Notes under the pieces: generated by a model | What the model was told of the DNA's origin: nothing | Seen by the model: the letters and a program-made list of their open reading frames with translations, nothing else | The model's database searches: none | Source: Nitrosopumilus sp. | GTDB taxonomy: Archaea > Thermoproteota > Nitrososphaeria > Nitrososphaerales > Nitrosopumilaceae | Assembly: GCA_965205425.1 (NCBI GenBank) | Contig: CBDBGZ010000009.1 | Span: 1,131,077-1,195,076 of the forward strand | Length of the DNA: 64,000 bases | Direction: 5' to 3' | Position numbers and translations under genes: made by a program | Shown here: piece after piece, positions 59,860 to 64,000 of the stretch | Layout of the letters: every line of letters begins with the position of its first letter | How positions within the stretch are numbered: position 1 is the stretch's first letter

Positions 59860-61320
59860 ATGTATCGTTCGCGTCTTGGTACTGATTTGAGTGATATTAC
59901 TTTGGATTATGTTTCATCAATTAATGATGATTCTGAAATTGCTCTTTATGATATTCTTGGTAGTCAAGCTCACACATTGATGTTATTTCAAAAAAATATC
60001 ATTACAAAAAATGATGCAAAAAAAATCTTAACTGCATTAGAGAATTTGAAAAATGAAAAATTTGATGCTTCTTCTGAAGCCGAGGATATTCATGAGTTAA
60101 TTGAAACTTTAGTGATTAAGAAAGCTGGAATGGCAAGTGGTGGAAAAATGCATACCGCAAGATCTAGAAATGATCAAGTTGTCTTAGATATTCGTATGAA
60201 AATCAGAGATGATATCAATATCACATGTAATTGTCTTTTAGATACCATTGAAGCCCTTGTATCTGTGGCTAAAAACCATCAAAAAACCATCATGCCATTA
60301 TACACTCATCTTCAACAAGCTCAAGCGGGACTTTTCTCACACTATCTTTTGGCACATGCAGATGTTTTAACACGAGATTTTGAAAGATTGTTTACAACGT
60401 TTGAACGAATAAACCAAAGTCCACTTGGTGCAGGACCTGTTGGTGGAACTAGTATCCCAATTGATAGACATAGTACTGCAACGATGTTGGGTTTTGATGG
60501 TTTGGTTGAAAATTCAATTGATGCTACAAGTACACGTGATTTTGTAGCAGAGTATGTTGCAATGATTTCAATTTTAATGACTAATCTTAGTAAAATATCT
60601 GAAGACTTTGTAATTTGGTCTACGTCAGAATTTTCTTTTATTGAACTTTCAGATGAATTTACATCTCCTTCAAGTGTAATGCCACAAAAAAAGAATCCTG
60701 ATATTTTAGAATTAACACGAGGTAAAACTGCCGAAATAATTGGGAATCTAACTGCAATTCTAACTACTGTTAAAGGTTTAGCATCTGGTTATGGACGTGA
60801 TTTACAACAAGTAAAATCATCTATTTGGTCAACATCTAAAATTTCTATCAGTGCATTGTTAATTTTAAAATCAATTCTCTTAACTTTAAAAGTAAATGAA
60901 AAACAAATGAAAAAAGTAACTGAATCAAGTAATCTTATCGCATTAGATATTGCAGAGAAATTAGTACAAGAAGGAATTCCATTTAGAGTAACTCACAAAA
61001 TTTCAGGAATTTTAGTTCAATTAGCTCATAATTCTAAAAAACCTATTTCAAAACTATCACTGTCTGAAATTAAAAAATCAGTTATAGGTACAAAAGTAGA
61101 TCCTAAAATTATCTCAAAAATTATTTCTACTATTACTGTAGTTTCTTCTCTCAAAGATAGGACATCTTTTGGATCTTCAGGATATGATGAGCAAAAAAGA
61201 ATGATTTCAGATAGAATACAGAAGATCAATCAGTATAGATCTGATGTCTCACAAAGAGAAAATAAAATCACTTCCGCAATTACTGATTTAACAAAACAAG
61301 TTAATGCAATAATTAAATGA
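59860..61320 (+). CDS. argH: argininosuccinate lyase
   Basis: EDIH, HTARSRNDQ, YTHLQQAQ, SSVMPQKKNPD. Confidence 0.96.
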   Translation: MYRSRLGTDLSDITLDYVSSINDDSEIALYDILGSQAHTLMLFQKNIITKNDAKKILTALENLKNEKFDASSEAEDIHELIETLVIKKAGMASGGKMHTARSRNDQVVLDIRMKIRDDINITCNCLLDTIEALVSVAKNHQKTIMPLYTHLQQAQAGLFSHYLLAHADVLTRDFERLFTTFERINQSPLGAGPVGGTSIPIDRHSTATMLGFDGLVENSIDATSTRDFVAEYVAMISILMTNLSKISEDFVIWSTSEFSFIELSDEFTSPSSVMPQKKNPDILELTRGKTAEIIGNLTAILTTVKGLASGYGRDLQQVKSSIWSTSKISISALLILKSILLTLKVNEKQMKKVTESSNLIALDIAEKLVQEGIPFRVTHKISGILVQLAHNSKKPISKLSLSEIKKSVIGTKVDPKIISKIISTITVVSSLKDRTSFGSSGYDEQKRMISDRIQKINQYRSDVSQRENKITSAITDLTKQVNAIIK

Positions 61321-61336
61321 ATAAAGTAAAAGAGAG

Positions 61337-61410
61337 CGGGTCTAAAGGGATTCGGACCCTTGACAACCGGATTAAAAGTCCGGTGCGCTACCTGGCTGCG
61401 CCATAGACCC
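61337..61410 (-). tRNA. tRNA-Lys(TTT)
   Basis: Acceptor GGGTCTA/TAGACCC, anticodon loop CTTTTAA; T-loop reads TCCGAAT. Confidence 0.92.
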
Positions 61411-61565
61411 TCGTAAAAAATGCTTTAACTGTATATTTAATCTCATGGTTTCGGTTTTTTCATTTGATAGATTTATGACTTTTACGCCTAATCTCCACCT
61501 TCTCTTCTGAGGATCTAACCGATGGTTCTATCATGGTCTGGTGATATGATCTCTTGTATTGAACC

Positions 61566-62536
61566 GGCCTTGTAGAAACCATGATAAAATAACAAAATCT
61601 AATTTTCTAATCCTGTAAGCATTGTATGCAATTAACCTGTACAACATCTCATTGTCCTGAGTTGTAACATTTCTTGATGTGACATCTCCTGACATTATCT
61701 GTTTGATCACAAAAAAGATTGTTTCAGATTTGTTTCTCTGATGGTACAATTGTACAGGAAAGTTCCTCTTCATCTCCTTTCTGTGAATTCCGCTGGTTCT
61801 GTAAATTGGAACTGTTCCATATCGAGTTGGAATTATTGCAGCTGTGTTGATCTGTTCTGCACCAACATGATTATTCTCATCATCAAAACCCATGTCACCT
61901 AACACAATATCAACTGGAACAATATTGTTGGTTTTGTACAACAATGGCAGAAAATCAGGATTATCATGTTGCATGTTGTGGTGTGTCATGACACAGCAAA
62001 CAAGCTGTGTATTCATGTCAGCACAAACAACAACTTTTAGGAAATTCCTGCGTAACTGTACTCTTTTTGTATAATAGTATGATGCTGTACTGTAACTGAA
62101 TCCGCTACCATCAATTCCAGCTAGAACCAGTCTGACTTTTTTGTACAAAATGAATTCCTGCAACATTTTATGTAACAGATTTCCTTCCAGTCTTGCAGCT
62201 GCCTTTTGTAGTGTGGTGTAATGTGGAATGGTAGACAAACCAAGATATTCCTGAATTCCTACACATTCTTCTAAAAATTCTGTAAATCTTCTATAACTCT
62301 TTGATTCGTACTGTCGTATTGCCAAGAGTATGAGATGTGTCCAAACAGAATAGATATGATTTGATTTTGGATGTAAGAACCTGGGAATTCTGCATCTGGT
62401 GATTATATTGAGTAGTGTTTTGCACATTTTGACGTATGATGAGACCATACTGTAATCTGCAAATACAATCCTAATGGATCTAAATTAGCTAAAATGTATC
62501 ACAATTGGGTTAAAATCAGATGGTTTCTACAAGGCC
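61566..62536 (-). mobile_element. IS5-like DDE element (transposase ORF 61531..62448)
   Basis: Perfect 16-bp TIR GGCCTTGTAGAAACCA; 9-bp TSD TATTGAACC (61557-61565 and 62537-62545); PHYTTL, IDGSG, GDMGFD, YHQRNKSET. Confidence 0.92.
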
Positions 62537-62679
62537 TATTGAACCGTCTTCTCGTATGTGGTATCCTACAATCTTCATGTTTCTTTGAACATTGTTTTGT
62601 TCCATGTAATTCTATAATTATACTTGAATTTATACACTGTTGAATCTTAGGGGGTTTTCCCAACTTTCCAGTGTAGTAT

Positions 62680-62912
62680 ATGGCATTACTTTTTTGTGAG
62701 CAAGAAAACGACAACGTTGTGCACATTATTTTAGCGATATTTGCAAATGCTTGAGTTGTTGAATTTCTAATGTGTGCAAAATCAAGATTGTTATGATTCA
62801 CATTTGATGGAGCAGCACACATCCTTCAAGCTTTTTCTATCCAAATTTGTTGTTTAACTGATGAAATAATGGTTAGTTTGTGATCTAAACTGGATTACTT
62901 TCCCAAGTACTG
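62680..62912 (-). mobile_element. ISH3-like element, 5' terminal remnant
   Basis: End CAGTACTTGGGAAAGTAA is identical to 13734-13751; ORF start at 62822 is cut after about 48 codons; family call is from the resemblance of the end sequence only. Confidence 0.45.
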
Positions 62913-63058
62913 GTGATAGTACTAGTTGCAGTTGCTGCGTTACTTTTGTTACCTTCAGGACAAAAGAGGTAGCGTTTATTGGATTTGAGAACTGCAAGCA
63001 AAATTCCATGGGGAGTTCTACTGATGAGCAATTAGATGAAATTGGTTTAGATCCAAGG

Positions 63059-64000
63059 TAACCATATGTGAATAAACAACGAAATTTAGATGGTACTGCT
63101 GATTCTATAGTTTCTAAAAGATACACCTCCAAGAAAAAACCAAAGAAAATCATTAGGACTAGAAAGACAAAACCCATGACCTATGTCGGAATTGATTTGC
63201 ACAAAGAATTCTTACAGGTCGAAACAATGGATGATAAAGGACATACATTATTCAATGAAAAAATTACAAACACCAGAGGGGATATCAAAAAAGCATTTTC
63301 TGCAATCCCAAAAAACTCAAAATGTGTAATGGAATCATCATCTGTCTGGTATGGCGTGTTTAGGTTTCTGCGAGACGAACTAGGATTTGATGTAATACTA
63401 TCAAACCCATATCACACAAAAGCAATTGCAGCATCAAAGAAAAAAACTGACAAGATTGATGCTCACATCTTGGCAGATTTGCTAAGAGGAGGATACATCT
63501 CATCTTGTCATGTACCAGAAAAAGATACCGTGCAAACAAGACAACTGGTGAGATATAGAACCAAACTAGTCCGCAACAGGACAAGGATGAAAAATTTGAT
63601 TCACAGTATAACCTTACAAAATGCAATCAAGATACCAGGAACTGCATTTTCTGATTCATATGTGCACAAACTGTTGGGATTAGATGACTATCGAATAGAT
63701 GGATATCTCAAGATGATAATATCAATCAATGATAGAATCGCAGAGTCAGACATGAGAATCAAGGATGCTCTAAAACATGATTCTAACGCACAACTCTTAG
63801 AATCAATACCTGGTGTTGGAAGATTTACTGCATTAACCATATCCTCTGAAATTGACAATATCGAAAGATTTTCAGATTCTCACAAACTGTGTTCATATGC
63901 AGGAATTGTACCATCGGTGAGAAACTCAGCTGACACCATACGCCATGGGTCCATAACAAGAAGAGGAAGTAGCATGTTACGCTGGGTTCTGGTGGAGGCA
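63059..64000 (+). mobile_element. second IS110-family element; recombinase open from GTG 63068 (ATG 63176) to window end
   Basis: YVGIDLHK, VMESS, KKTDKIDA, SIPGVG, YAGIVPSVRNSA; not in the ORF track because there is no stop within the window. Confidence 0.93.

Noticed and set aside
62645..62680. GGGGGTTTTCCCAACTTTCCAGTGTAG as another IS terminus
   Set aside because: Looks end-like and coincides with the break in the ISH3-like remnant, but has no partner end or transposase in the window
62854..63626. Minus-strand ORFs 62854..63177 and 63360..63626
   Set aside because: Antisense shadows of the IS110 recombinase and its flanks

Overview
AT-rich archaeal DNA from an ammonia-oxidising thaumarchaeon (Nitrosopumilus-like). 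The window opens on the last codons of amoB, followed by two small membrane genes matching the proposed extra AMO subunits (amoY/amoZ). Core genes follow: rps15, RecJ-like, pcc1, serS, rps3ae, GGR, MoxR/vWA, tbp, lysC, two ilvE paralogues, hisS, eIF6, two Zn-ferredoxin-like paralogues, rfcS/GINS/mcm/hel308, alba, sdhACDB and argH, plus four tRNAs (Val, Ser, Ala, Lys). Three IS-riddled accessory patches interrupt this backbone. (i) About 13.5-22.0 kb is a decayed tRNA-Val integrase island carrying Fic, DUF5131, IS110, IS481, IS66, IS630 and an ISH3-like end. (ii) About 26.9-34.2 kb holds two IS630, a MITE, IS1595, an IS5 remnant and a secreted Trp-rich orphan with a small membrane partner gene, the latter block lying inside a broken thermonuclease gene. 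(iii) 61.4-64 kb, next to tRNA-Lys, holds an IS5-like element with a 9-bp TSD, an ISH3-like remnant and a second IS110. The most interesting candidates are: an archaeal IS1111-type IS110 with a structured 3' non-coding region (possible bridge/seekRNA); a possible archaeocin-like precursor/immunity pair; an identical 14-bp GATC-centred motif upstream of both amoY and amoZ; a dense GATC cluster in the rfcS-GINS/MCM promoter; and two unannotated ncRNA candidates. All family calls come from motif recognition by eye; no database searches were run.
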